Source: Psilocybe cubensis (taxonomy: Eukaryota). Taken from it: a stretch of 64,000 nt of DNA. The stretch is from contig CM039000.1 of assembly GCA_017499595.2 (NCBI GenBank), forward strand, positions 558,001 through 622,000, written 5' to 3'. The notes below the pieces were generated by a model that saw only the letters and a program-made list of their open reading frames with translations, did no database searches and was not told the origin of the DNA. Each line of letters opens with the position of its first letter. Position 1 is the first letter of the stretch. Shown here one piece after another: positions 50,201 to 64,000 of this stretch. The position numbers were made by a program, and so were the translations under genes.

Positions 50201-52972
50201 TGGAGAGCTTTCTACTACGTCTGGGGGTCATTTTTGATGTAGCGACTGTAATTGAAGGTGTTTTCATGGGAGTTAAATATAACTCTGGCTTGTTTTCAAT
50301 GTAAATATAATTAAATCTCGAGGTATACTCTACAGAAATTGTTTGTGGGAATACCGGTAAGTCAGGTTGCATCTGCATACTCGCTGACTATCTGTAGCAC
50401 TGTAGAGGTTTGATATACGTGCTTATATTAACATTCATTTCACTCTGCGGCCAAAAATCCGTCTCTGAACGGATATTTAAATAACTCATGCAGGGGTCAC
50501 CCGAGCCCCTGTCCCGCTCTTGAATGTAAATTTAAAGTCTAACTGCAGCCTATGACATGCTTTACCTCAACAAGGCTAGTGGCTCGGCTGCTCGGAGCCA
50601 TCACAATGTTCAGCGGAGACTCTGAAGTTTCGGAGGATTGAGAAAAATACAATGACGTGGCATTCAAATTCACAGTAGTTTGACCTCCATAAGGCGTCTG
50701 TGAGTTGAATAGTGAATAGAAGACAATATGATAAAATCCACTTGTAACTAACAGAATAAATTGAAATCTCTTGTGAATTTTCAAGTACTCGTCCTAAAAT
50801 CGACTGCACGCAATTTCATCCGCAGAATATAGATTACAACAAGCCCACAGGCAGGGTATGGTGTACCAGTACTGATATATTACCTAGAATAGTCCAAAAT
50901 CACTCACAGGAAGCAATGACATTTGTTTGACATATAAACCAATGACATTCTCCTCCTCCCCCGATACGTCATTTTACGTCGTTTCAGTCGTTTCCATTCT
51001 ATCCGTACCTTATTATAGATTAGCCTAGCACCCTTCGGCTCGCAAATAACGTTGTGAATCGGTGCTCTAGAGCCCAGAAGAACGTAGTTGATTGGATACA
51101 GTGCAGGCGGGTAATAACAATGTGGCATGCGTACCGCGGCCGTTTGCTGCATACTCGCCATTTGAGGCGGTTTGGCGGATGCGTATAGGTGTAGTGATGC
51201 GTGGTTGAAGAGATGATGCGCCGTGGTGCAAAGAAAAGTCGGCAATTTGGAGTTGTTCACGTCAAGCCGTGAAATGGTGTAAATCGCGCATTCCCGCAGT
51301 TTGAAGAGGTGTAGGGGGGATTTTGTGAGCTGAGGGGCTGGAATAGTATGAAATTTAAGTGATGAGTAGTGAAATTTGAGTGCTAAAACCTTGAGAAAAG
51401 TTACACATTTCAAAAAATATTAAGCGCCCGAATAGACATCACACTGAATTGCGTGAACACAGCAATTCCAAAGGCATTCCTCAGGTATCTCTGTATAGCA
51501 GCAGATACTACCATACCCCTAATCACTCACATCGTGCATCCCATGTCAACAATCCCAAAAAATTCAACAAAATTTTCAACTCACGTACATACCAACATCC
51601 TCCCCCTCCCCCGATTCGCGAATACAGCCCATTTCGAACGCCTCCCTTTCTTCCTGGTCTTTTCCGGCACTAACGGGGACCTGCTCGGCTAGGCTAGGCT
51701 GCCGTCACCCGACCTAGAAGGACGGAAATGAAAGCAACCACTGACGGTCTTCAGCTGAATACACAAATGCAATGATACGTACCGTACAATTCTGCGCGTT
51801 TTCCGCGTATTCCTGGCATTTAGGGTGTTTTAATACGTTACCTATGGTGTTATGCTGGTGTCTGGGCGTCGGATCGAAGGTTGAAAAGTCGTAAGGTTTG
51901 TCTGGTTTCGTATTGCAAGTGTGCTCATGGAGCCGAATGCCCTCATTGTTGGAATAACGGGTTTACATGGTTTTTCAATGTCAGGTAGCCCCTGAGTGAT
52001 ATGATAGATGCTCTTCAGTATGTGAGTATGTCTGCGAGACTTGTTGAGCTCGGAGCACGATGGAAAAGGGTGTACTGCGTATCAACTCCAAATAAGCGCC
52101 GAGAACGTGCATATCTACATACAGTGCAAAACAACACTACACACACCTCTAGAAAGATGACAGGGGTAATAATACCTCTCAGCTCTACCCCTCCAAACCA
52201 TCCACCCCGCGGAACCATCGAAACAGCTGAACCAATCACATCCGAATCTGCACCTCCTCTCCCAAATCCGCATTCCACCCCATTCCAACCGCATTTCTTT
52301 TCTTCCGGCTTCGGAATCTCACCACCTCGGCTACTCAGAGTCATAACGGCAGATCAGAAGAAGACAGCGGCGTTCAATTTGTCGCTGTGCAGAAGACGAG
52401 TTTTACGGGTGTTGACTACAGAGCAAGTGTCCGCACTCCGGGAGAGCTAGAATGTGTCGTTTGTGTGATTATGGGTAGAATACGTATGGGTGGTGAATTG
52501 AATGTACGTACTGGTTTCCCCGAGTCGTGAAGCATTTGAAAATTGTGGAAGATTTGGTGCTAAAGTTTTGTTATTCGTCGTTCAGGCAATTTTGAGGAAA
52601 TGGAGTGTATCATGAATCCAGTACTTGTATTGTCCTGGTTTGCGTCTTCAAGCATTGTAAATCTTTATTCTTTATTGAGTTGAATATAATTCTCTCTTGA
52701 GCGCAATGCATCGACATCAGCTCAAACAAACAAATGTACGAAATCATATTTCACAATACAACACACCCACCCAAAGTTTCACTCACTGCAAACGGAGAAA
52801 CCACATCCAATCTACAATCTCGACACACACGGACGATCGGACCACAACTCGCGTAACCCAAATCCGAACCCGCACTAACAAGCGACACCGAAAAAAAAAA
52901 AGAATCTGTATATTTCATTATTCGGTCTACTTACGACATGTAACAGGCGTACTAGTAACAGCCCCACGCGGG

Positions 52973-54595
52973 TATATAAAGACCACGCACCTTGCTGGCC
53001 TTTCTTCATCCCCTCACCGCCTACTCTCCTCTGCCTCTTCAGCTCTCCTCTTCTTTTCTCTTCGGGCTTGGATGGCGCGTTCTGGCAGACGGTGAGCCTT
53101 CTAGTTCGTTCTCGACGGCGCTGACGTTGTGCACTATATAGGCATTGGTGAGTGATATTGACACGACGCCGAGGCGATTCTGACGCGTTTCTCATAGGCC
53201 CGCGCACCACGATGAAAACACCCCTCCTAACCTTGCCCGTAAAGGTGAGTTGCACCCACCCAACGATGCGCTGCTACTCACTTTGCTTCTCGCTGCACAG
53301 AAAAGTAAGGATTTCCGTGAGTCGGGGCCCCTATGACACGCAGAGCGCTGACAACGCACCTTGACAGAATGGCCTCTCGATCCATCCACCTGACGGCGTG
53401 GGCTGGTTGATACCGTGAAGGTTGCTGGAAAGGTCCTAGACGGTGTGGACACGATAACGACGGTAAGTAGTAGGGCAATAACTAACAGATGCTTTACTGA
53501 CCCACCTTGAAATTAGATTCCCCGCCCGCCTCTGTCACTGCAAGTTGGATCCATTGGACTATGAGGGGACATAACATGCCCCCCAAATCCCGCTCCACGG
53601 TGAGTGTCGAGAGCGACTGAAAGTGCTTGCTGATTAATCCGACGCTTGCTGGGGTAGACGACCCTACGCGGGTATAAAGACCACGGGTGTTGCTGGCATT
53701 CTTCATCTTTGGGCTTGGATGACGTGTTCGGGCAGACGGTGAGCTTTGTAGTCGACAGCGCTGACGTTGAGCACACCAGAGCCACCGTTTGAGGCGACGG
53801 TGAGTAACATGCACACGATGCCAATGTGATTCTGACGCATTCCTCGTAGAAGTGCTATAGGTGCGTTGGTCACCGCAGAACGCTGACAACATACCTCGAC
53901 AGAACACCACCTAGCCTGTCCCGCTCTGCCCAGACCAGCCAACACCGCTTCTCGCTACACAGACAAGGCATTGCCTACAGAATTTCTGTGAGTCGGGGCC
54001 CCTGATACGTAGAAAGCTGACGAAATACCTTGACAGAATGTCTTCTTGATCCATCCCGCTCCTCTCCCTGGCATAACGATTGACGGCGTGAAAAAAAAGA
54101 AGTTTAGATGCGTAACGAACTGCAGAGTACTGACCGTGCCGATTACTCCATCCCACACTCTCCTTGTATCCTTTCCCTCTCCGCATTGCCCCATACCACC
54201 AATGACCGCGCGCAGCGACACTGTCTTGACGGCCGTCCAGAATGCATGCAGCTGAGGGGAGAGAGGTAAGCACAATCCCTCGCGGTCAAAAGAATTGTCA
54301 ACTTACTGACCGGTGATACAAGCTGTTGAAAATTGACATGGCCTGCCCACACCATCGATGACCTGCGCTGTGTGCTGGATAGCGCGCAGTGACGCTGTCT
54401 TGACGGCCGCCCAGAATGCACACAGCTGAGGGAAAGCGGTAAGCACGGTCCCTTGAGGTTGAAAGAGTTGTCTACTGACCTGTGACACAAATCGACCCCC
54501 TAGGTCCATGGATAGCGAGCAAAGACTCTTGACCGCAAGGTAAGCCGTCGATATAATAACCCAACCAACCTATTGACGCACCAATTGACCTCTAG
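52973..54595 (+). ncRNA. Intron-dense spliced module, unit 4 copy
   Basis: Copy at +10704 from unit 3. Confidence 0.45.
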
Positions 54596-55052
54596 TCGGG
54601 CACGACTGTATGCGCGAGCCTTGTTCTTTGAGGCGCAAGGAACCTTGGGTGTTGGTTAAAGGTATGCCCGCTCAGTTTGTCTGCGAAACTGTCTTGAATG
54701 GCGGGCTGAATGCTGCATGCACTGTGGCTTGACGGGGGTGGAAAGACTCTGCAAGGGTGCTGTCACTGGCTTGGGCATCCATCGCTTGTCCCATGACGGC
54801 GGCGTGTCGACGTTGGGATCAACGTTGTTTAGTGATGAGTCTGCGTGCTGCCACATTCCCCTATACGGACATGCGGCCTCAAGCTGAGATCCAACAACTG
54901 AGAAAGTCAAATATAAAAAGACGGACAATAACGTACCTCAGTTTCCCCTAGATGCTCACAAATATCAAGGTAGGCGAAGATCGGGGTGTGTGAGTGAGAA
55001 GACGAAGCGGGTAATATAGGTGCTGTGGGGATGAGGCGGAGAGTGCAACATG

Positions 55053-55187
55053 TGTCGCCTCCTTCATCTTCCAACGGAAAGGACTTGAGCGCAAGGTGCA
55101 CGGCGTGACGGTGGTCAAGGAGCTCATCAAAAACGAAGGCCGACTGCCTTCTTCAAGGGGCTGACGCCAAAGGTATGCCAGTGTCCT
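55053..55187 (+). pseudogene. GGC1: GGC1 relic, unit 5
   Basis: Same as the unit 3 and 4 relics. Confidence 0.9.
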
Positions 55188-56213
55188 ACTTAGTTGCAAT
55201 TCGCCGCATGCACCGCATCGACACAACGTCTAGTGATTACTTGCTAAAACAGGTATACATACATCTCGTAGTGTAGAGTATGATTCAGGAGCACATGCAC
55301 AGCTGGTGGGGATAGATAGGGTAGGTAGGTTACTATAGGTGTAGTAGTAGTATGTCGGCTGTACACACATGAAAAAAGGTATAAGTGTTAACGTGAATGT
55401 GAATCTGGGAAAACAAGGTCATAAAGATGGGAGAAAATTAAATATAGGAAATGTGCGGTCGGGTGTGCGTGCACACTATGCAGCAGAGGAGAACACAACA
55501 GGCAGAAGGTAGAGGTGGATGATAACGAGGTGAACATGCCGAAGAAGAAGAAAAAGAGGAGAACAATGCAGAGGAGGGAAAATCGAGAACGAAATTGAAG
55601 GAAGACGAAACGAGAATCAAATCAGAACGGCTCGAAATCCAAAATCCAGTTCCGATTCCAATAGTTTTCTACAACAACTCTACTCTACAAAGATCTTCTA
55701 CTTTTACAAATTCGTCTTCGACACGTCAACGCGTCGTCGACGATCACCCGCGTACCGCGCCACCTGCTCTGCAGTGGTCACTCGTCCTCGCACGCACGCG
55801 TGCAAGTGCACAAATCAAGCACGACCGGTGAGTCTTTCTACTACATCAAAACAAAAAAAAGCAGAAACGGGGGAAAGAAATAGAAAACAAAAGGAGAAAG
55901 CGGGAACTGGACTGGACGATATACACGAGGGGCTTGGTGGTGGTGGTGGTGGTGGTGGCAACAACAGACAGCATCGAGCGCCAGGCGGTCTAGGGATGGA
56001 CAGAAGGGATCCTCCGAGCATGCATGCACGCGCGTGTGCTCCCCTCCCTCTCATCCTCCGAGGTGTGATGTTGGCCCGCAAAAAGTGAATAGGTGCGTAT
56101 GTGGGTGGAAATCAACTCCGGGTATCGGTTACTGAACTAGATGGGAAGGGGGGGAGGAGACTTGGACAGACATGTATGGTATGCAGGGAGGCACGACGGA
56201 AGAAGGAGGGCGC

Positions 56214-58003
56214 TCAGAGTGAGAACCACTGCCTCTTCGCGTGAAGCCTCCTGTGCGCGGTGGTTGCAGCTACTTTCACCTGTGGCTCGGGCTCGGGCGA
56301 TTTCTTGACGAGCACGCCCTCCTCCGGGGAGGGAAGCAAAGCGCGTCTCCTGCGCCTGCTCGAGCGCTTCTGGCAAGACGGGGCGGGGTTGCCGTTGTCG
56401 TTGCTGGTAGAAACAGAAGCAGCGGATGCAGAAGAAGCGGAGGCAGAGGCAGAGGAAGAAGCGCCTGCGGCGAGGTTGGCGGGGGCGGGGCTTGCACCGG
56501 TGTTCCCACCTGAGTTTGCGTTGTTCGAGCCTGAGCCGTTGTTTGAGTTGGGTTTGTTCGAGCCCGAGTTGTTGTTGTTGGAGCCAGAATTGTTGGAACC
56601 GGAGTTGCCTGCGGGAGCACTCGGAGCGCCGGCAAAGATATCGTTCTGCGCGCCTGAAAAGAAGAATCGCAAAAAAACGCCAGGTCAGCCACTTACAATC
56701 CGAAATAAAAAAAAAATAATCATTGAAACCAACCATCAGCGAAACCCAGCTTGGCATTGTATGCTGGAGACTTGAAGCTGCCTGAAAGGTCGTATCCACT
56801 GACAGCGATGTTGTTGCCCTCGTTCTGGTTCCAGTAAATCATCTGCTTCGAGCCCTTGACGCAGGCACCTGGGTTGCCCTCGCACCACACGGGTGGCTGT
56901 GGGGGTGCAATGGGCGTAGTGCTCTTCGCGCCGGTGACTTTGCACTTGAATGGCTGGTGGTACATGTTCGGCTGGCCGCAGCCGTTCGGGACCCATCCCC
57001 ACTGTGGAAAGAGTTAGACGAAAAATGTGAAGTTTGAATAGAAGTCGGCTTACAGCGCAGATGCAGCCTCCTTCAGGGCAGGCGGGCAAGTTGGCCGGGA
57101 CATCGTAGCTGATAACGCGCTTCCAGGGTGTGCTGTGGGGGATTTTATTGATAAGCGTCATTGATTTATTTGCAAGGAATGAAAACCACTCACTTATAAC
57201 GAACAGTGAACACTGCAAGGTTCTGGGGAGTTACTGCCTTGATGTCAGACTAGAAAGTATTTGCAAAGTGAGCGCTAGATATGATTTTGAACGAGAGTTG
57301 GGGACTTGCGTTGTACGAGATTGCGAATGCGGTTCCGGCCGCCATAGACTGATTCTGGGCATGCACTGCACAAAAATGAATCAGCAAAAACGCCAAGAAA
57401 CGAGGGCCGCTCACTGTTTGGGGACGTGATGCATGAAGGGACATTCTGTGAGGCACAGTGGGTTAATTAATCAGTTGCTAGGAATATGGGAAAGACACGC
57501 ACATAGTCCTCGGGGTATGTCGCACCGTCTGGCCATTCTGAGGTGTCGCGCCCGTTGTACGCCAGCGTGGTCTTTGCGCGGTTGGAGGCGATCTCGACGG
57601 TGAAGCTTCCACCAGCAGGACTGAAGTCGGGGTTTAGACGACGGAAATCAAAAATACAGGTGTGTTGGGACTCACAGCTCGAGGAAGTCCCCGTCTGCAG
57701 GAGGATATAGGTCACACTAGGTTAACAATTGCGTTGTTGATATGATGGACTGCAGAGTGTTGTTTAATGAGATGAACATAGCACAACGGCAAAACACGTA
57801 CACCACCAATCCTTAAAGTTGAGCTGGACAATCGCGTAGGAATTCAAGTCTTGCGCAGCTTGCGGACCCTATAGAAAGAATGTAGATTCTTCAGCGGTTC
57901 TGAACATTTTGAAATGAGGACTACATTCCTTTGTGGAAAGCTGCAAGATGGGCGTTGGCGCCGCTTAGCCACAAGGCCGCTGTGAGAAGGTTGACTTGAA
58001 CTT
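56214..58003 (-). pseudogene. AA14 LPMO copy 5
   Basis: Same lesions as copies 3-4. Confidence 0.85.
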
Positions 58004-61000
58004 GTTGAGCCGCGTTGAAAAAGAGTGTGGTTGGCCTTGAAGAAAGAGAGTGTGTGGTTTGGCGTAAACCGAGCGGGATAGTACAAGCGTAGGTACAGGA
58101 AAGGGGAAGGAGTCGTCTGTCCAAGTCGTTGGAGTGAAAAGTTGACAGTCTAGTTTATAAGCTAATCAGGAAATGAGCGGATGGATGATACCCTGCGTTC
58201 ATCTTGGATTCATCTTGACCCCTCGTCGATTTTTCGGCAAAAAACCTGATTCCGGGCTCAGACGGGGCGGGGTTGCCGTTGTTGTTGCTGGTGGACACAG
58301 AAGATAGATTACTATTTATGATGTGCAGATGTTGCTTTTTCTGGCGAGTTTTTTCTCGGTAAAATGTCGAGATCTATTAATAGGCCAAAAAAAGAGCGTA
58401 GTCCATGCATTCCAACACCTTCAATTTATCGTACTAGCAGAGGTTAGCCCCGCCCGAAGGCCAGAATGGGGCGTAACCGGTCTATCTACAGGGAAATCAC
58501 TCACCGGCGAAAATCTGTCAAGGTCACGGGACAAACATCCTACCACAACGACGGGTCATACGTGTTCTTCCCGGGTTGACAATAGGCCCGCCTACGTCGT
58601 GTTAGAGGGTTCAAGGGCCCCGCGCGGGTCCACTTCAGAGGTGTCCAACAATAATCGCTAGAGCATACCCCTGCGTCAAAGCTCCCCGGACGCCATTATG
58701 TTGTGTCAGAGCATAGCGGGGTGACTCGAGGGTGCTGAACGGAAATTAGGGTGAGTCCTGCTCGCCGGGTCAAAGCAACGATGTGTCGTGTTTGTCTAAC
58801 GCCATACTGGTGCTGGGTGAGGAGTAGGCTGTATCCAGTTCGGCAGACAGCAATACATCTCCAGTTGGGTGGGTGCATAGCACTGCCTCCAAAGAGGCTG
58901 GACAACATTGGATGAAGGAGGAGATGCGCGTCTTGCCGGACAGCAATACATGGATAAGAGTTGGGTAGATCCTACTCGCCGGAAGACGATACGTTGCGTT
59001 GGGGCATATGTTGGTGGCACATAAAGTCGACACGAGCAAAGGGGAGAATTGAGCTCGCCGGAAGGCGATACGTTGCGTTGGGGCATACGTTGGTTGCACA
59101 TGAAGTCGAGACGAGCAAAGGGGAGGGTCCAGCTCACCGGAAGGCGATACATGGCGTCGGCGCATAGCTGGATACGTAGTGGGTTAAATCCTGCTTGCCG
59201 GAAGACGATGCTTCGCGTTGGAGCATCCGCTGGTTGCACATAGAGTCAAAACAAGCAAAGAGGAGGGCCCAGCTCGCCGGACGGCAATACATAGCGTCAG
59301 AGCGTAGTTGGACAAGGAGTGTGGTGGATCCTGCTCGCCGGAAGACGTTGCATTGCGTTGAAGCATCCGTTGGTTGCACATGGAGTCGATACGAGTAAAG
59401 GGGAGGGTCCAGCTCGCCGGACAGCGATATATCGTGTCGGGGCATTATTTGGTGTCCTTGGGACAAGCAAAGCGGGTGGGTTTAGCTCGCCGGACGACGA
59501 TATGTTGCCTCAGAGCATCTTTAGGCATGCTGGCACTAGCGAGTCGCGGGAAAGAAATATATCGCGTCGGAGTAATCTGAGTTATGGAAAACAGTTAAGC
59601 ACATGTCTAGCACTGTGAACAGCAATACACTTACCAATACCACAGCCCTTTATTCTCAAGGCGAGAATCAATGCATAGCTTCAAGGCAAAACTGATACAA
59701 AGTCAGTACATGTTTTCAACACTATATCCAATGTCACATACCTCTTGGTTACCATGCATTCCTTTACCAGCATTCGTCGGACACCCGAATCTCAAATTTG
59801 ATTCTGCACACATTGTCAGTACTTATAAGTCTTTGAAGCGTATAAAACTTACAAGGTTGAAACCAGAATACATCGCCCGAGAGACCTAGGTTGATACTAG
59901 AGCATGGCATAGACAGAGTGCGATGCCAAGGAGGGTGCATGACGATGAGGAACGTCCACGACAAGGAGGGTGCACAACAATGGGTGCATGACGAGGAGGG
60001 TACGCAAAAAGAAAGGTGTGCAACGAGGGAGGTAACGACGAGGACGGGTACACGTCGACGTACATCCAGCATTAGGGCATAATGCACGGCTGGTGTTCAT
60101 GAAATTCCAGTCCCTCTTTATACTCTTTTTTTACCAAGTTTTCAAGGTCACGTTGTATTTTCGCTGGCACATCACCTCATTTCTGTAGCTTCATCAATTA
60201 CACTAGTCTTCGCTTCACTCCAACTTCGTTTACGAAGTGTAAAATTTATTTATTGGAATGCCATAATTTGACTCTTAGGAGTCCGGGAATATGAGTGATT
60301 CCACTTCCCTGTTTGCTCTCCAACTTGAATTCCAAGGCAGAAGATCCTGCTACAAATGTCCGAAAACTGTCCACATCCACAAATTACATTCCATGCTCGA
60401 GCACTGGAACAGCCGCTTTCGATCCTCGTAAACTCGTATCATTGTGCTAGACCCGGAGATCCACTTACGCGTAGAAGGCCGTAGTTTTGTTGAACGTTGC
60501 TTCACAACATTACGTGCATTTACATCCAACATAACGTCCTGCACCGCTGGCACAACACGCGCACACGGCATGCAGGTATTCTGAATTCGACGCGACGCAT
60601 CTCATCCACAACGCCAGAAAGCAAAAAGACCCTGAACGCCCCTAAACGCGAATTGACTCCGAAAATAACAAAGTCACTTGAACTCGACGCGACGCGTCGG
60701 ACGCGTGTCAGGGCAGCTGAGCTGTTTAATCTAATGACGCACATTTTCGTAACAAGCGCTGCTTCCTTTGAAACCCGCTTTTGGAATAGTCGCGCTAGCG
60801 CCCGATCCGTGTCATCGCGATTCCGGATTCACGATCCTTGATTCAAGCCTAAATTTAAATCTGGGCAGACCAACATCCAGGCCCACATTTACATAAATGC
60901 TTGCTGGAGAGCTTTCTACTACGTCTGGGGGTCATTTTTGATGTAGCGACTGTAATTGAAGGTGTTTTCATGGGAGTTAAATATAACTCTGGCTTGTTTT

Positions 61001-64000
61001 CAATGTAAATATAATTAAATCTCGAGGTATACTCTACAGAAATTGTTTGTGGGAATACCGGTAAGTCAGGTTGCATCTGCATACTCGCTGACTATCTGTA
61101 GCACTGTAGAGGTTTGATATACGTGCTTATATTAACATTCATTTCACTCTGCGGCCAAAAATCCGTCTCTGAACGGATATTTAAATAACTCATGCAGGGG
61201 TCACCCGAGCCCCTGTCCCGCTCTTGAATGTAAATTTAAAGTCTAACTGCAGCCTATGACATGCTTTACCTCAACAAGGCTAGTGGCTCGGCTGCTCGGA
61301 GCCATCACAATGTTCAGCGGAGACTCTGAAGTTTCGGAGGATTGAGAAAAATACAATGACGTGGCATTCAAATTCACAGTAGTTTGACCTCCATAAGGCG
61401 TCTGTGAGTTGAATAGTGAATAGAAGACAATATGATAAAATCCACTTGTAACTAACAGAATAAATTGAAATCTCTTGTGAATTTTCAAGTACTCGTCCTA
61501 AAATCGACTGCACGCAATTTCATCCGCAGAATATAGATTACAACAAGCCCACAGGCAGGGTATGGTGTACCAGTACTGATATATTACCTAGAATAGTCCA
61601 AAATCACTCACAGGAAGCAATGACATTTGTTTGACATATAAACCAATGACATTCTCCTCCTCCCCCGATACGTCATTTTACGTCGTTTCAGTCGTTTCCA
61701 TTCTATCCGTACCTTATTATAGATTAGCCTAGCACCCTTCGGCTCGCAAATAACGTTGTGAATCGGTGCTCTAGAGCCCAGAAGAACGTAGTTGATTGGA
61801 TACAGTGCAGGCGGGTAATAACAATGTGGCATGCGTACCGCGGCCGTTTGCTGCATACTCGCCATTTGAGGCGGTTTGGCGGATGCGTATAGGTGTAGTG
61901 ATGCGTGGTTGAAGAGATGATGCGCCGTGGTGCAAAGAAAAGTCGGCAATTTGGAGTTGTTCACGTCAAGCCGTGAAATGGTGTAAATCGCGCATTCCCG
62001 CAGTTTGAAGAGGTGTAGGGGGGATTTTGTGAGCTGAGGGGCTGGAATAGTATGAAATTTAAGTGATGAGTAGTGAAATTTGAGTGCTAAAACCTTGAGA
62101 AAAGTTACACATTTCAAAAAATATTAAGCGCCCGAATAGACATCACACTGAATTGCGTGAACACAGCAATTCCAAAGGCATTCCTCAGGTATCTCTGTAT
62201 AGCAGCAGATACTACCATACCCCTAATCACTCACATCGTGCATCCCATGTCAACAATCCCAAAAAATTCAACAAAATTTTCAACTCACGTACATACCAAC
62301 ATCCTCCCCCTCCCCCGATTCGCGAATACAGCCCATTTCGAACGCCTCCCTTTCTTCCTGGTCTTTTCCGGCACTAACGGGGACCTGCTCGGCTAGGCTA
62401 GGCTGCCGTCACCCGACCTAGAAGGACGGAAATGAAAGCAACCACTGACGGTCTTCAGCTGAATACACAAATGCAATGATACGTACCGTACAATTCTGCG
62501 CGTTTTCCGCGTATTCCTGGCATTTAGGGTGTTTTAATACGTTACCTATGGTGTTATGCTGGTGTCTGGGCGTCGGATCGAAGGTTGAAAAGTCGTAAGG
62601 TTTGTCTGGTTTCGTATTGCAAGTGTGCTCATGGAGCCGAATGCCCTCATTGTTGGAATAACGGGTTTACATGGTTTTTCAATGTCAGGTAGCCCCTGAG
62701 TGATATGATAGATGCTCTTCAGTATGTGAGTATGTCTGCGAGACTTGTTGAGCTCGGAGCACGATGGAAAAGGGTGTACTGCGTATCAACTCCAAATAAG
62801 CGCCGAGAACGTGCATATCTACATACAGTGCAAAACAACACTACACACACCTCTAGAAAGATGACAGGGGTAATAATACCTCTCAGCTCTACCCCTCCAA
62901 ACCATCCACCCCGCGGAACCATCGAAACAGCTGAACCAATCACATCCGAATCTGCACCTCCTCTCCCAAATCCGCATTCCACCCCATTCCAACCGCATTT
63001 CTTTTCTTCCGGCTTCGGAATCTCACCACCTCGGCTACTCAGAGTCATAACGGCAGATCAGAAGAAGACAGCGGCGTTCAATTTGTCGCTGTGCAGAAGA
63101 CGAGTTTTACGGGTGTTGACTACAGAGCAAGTGTCCGCACTCCGGGAGAGCTAGAATGTGTCGTTTGTGTGATTATGGGTAGAATACGTATGGGTGGTGA
63201 ATTGAATGTACGTACTGGTTTCCCCGAGTCGTGAAGCATTTGAAAATTGTGGAAGATTTGGTGCTAAAGTTTTGTTATTCGTCGTTCAGGCAATTTTGAG
63301 GAAATGGAGTGTATCATGAATCCAGTACTTGTATTGTCCTGGTTTGCGTCTTCAAGCATTGTAAATCTTTATTCTTTATTGAGTTGAATATAATTCTCTC
63401 TTGAGCGCAATGCATCGACATCAGCTCAAACAAACAAATGTACGAAATCATATTTCACAATACAACACACCCACCCAAAGTTTCACTCACTGCAAACGGA
63501 GAAACCACATCCAATCTACAATCTCGACACACACGGACGATCGGACCACAACTCGCGTAACCCAAATCCGAACCCGCACTAACAAGCGACACCGAAAAAA
63601 AAAAAGAATCTGTATATTTCATTATTCGGTCTACTTACGACATGTAACAGGCGTACTAGTAACAGCCCCACGCGGGTATATAAAGACCACGCACCTTGCT
63701 GGCCTTTCTTCATCCCCTCACCGCCTACTCTCCTCTGCCTCTTCAGCTCTCCTCTTCTTTTCTCTTCGGGCTTGGATGGCGCGTTCTGGCAGACGGTGAG
63801 CCTTCTAGTTCGTTCTCGACGGCGCTGACGTTGTGCACTATATAGGCATTGGTGAGTGATATTGACACGACGCCGAGGCGATTCTGACGCGTTTCTCATA
63901 GGCCCGCGCACCACGATGAAAACACCCCTCCTAACCTTGCCCGTAAAGGTGAGTTGCACCCACCCAACGATGCGCTGCTACTCACTTTGCTTCTCGCTGC

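Larger units (their letters stand above)
44349..55052 (+). repeat. Array unit 4 (10,704 bp)
   Basis: Junction to junction; ORF track identical to unit 3 except one substitution seen (RRKEH vs RREEH). Confidence 0.95.
5739..64000 (+). repeat. Large head-to-tail tandem array (macrosatellite / tandem segmental amplification), at least 5 units
   Basis: The junction gagagtgcaacatg|tgtcgcctccttcatc recurs at 22660, 33645, 44349 and 55053 and resumes homology to 5739. The ORF track repeats with offsets of 14899, ~10.7-11.0 kb, 10704 and 10704. Confidence 0.97.
55053..64000 (+). repeat. Array unit 5 (truncated by the window end)
   Basis: ORF track identical to unit 4 at +10704. Confidence 0.95.

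Noticed and set aside
22660-64000. rDNA array, since the ~10.7-kb period resembles a fungal rDNA unit
   Set aside because: No recognisable 18S, 5.8S, 25S or 5S sequence; units contain spliced protein-gene relics

Overview
Intron-rich eukaryotic DNA, most consistent with an agaricomycete (mushroom-forming basidiomycete): short GT-AG introns with CTRAC branch points, and an AA14 LPMO. Bases 1-5.7 kb are single-copy and contain a DUF4436-like membrane protein gene. An intact 7-exon mitochondrial GTP/GDP carrier gene (GGC1, 5738-7180) follows. From the GGC1 start codon to the window end the sequence is a head-to-tail tandem array. Unit 1 is 5739-22659 (16.9 kb, including a 4.1-kb intact hAT transposon). 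Units 2-4 are 10,985, 10,704 and 10,704 bp, and unit 5 is truncated. Each unit carries an AA14 LPMO copy (none has an ATG for its signal peptide), a Helitron-like hairpin+CTAG terminus, a ~140-bp dimeric minisatellite, a possible decayed Helitron coding remnant, and a TATA-led module with about 13 canonical mini-introns but no long ORF. In units 2-5 GGC1 is reduced to a ~135-bp double-deletion relic. The hAT element's right flank carries an exact hairpin-opening (P-nucleotide) scar although the element is still in place. All family assignments are from motif recognition by eye; no database searches were run.
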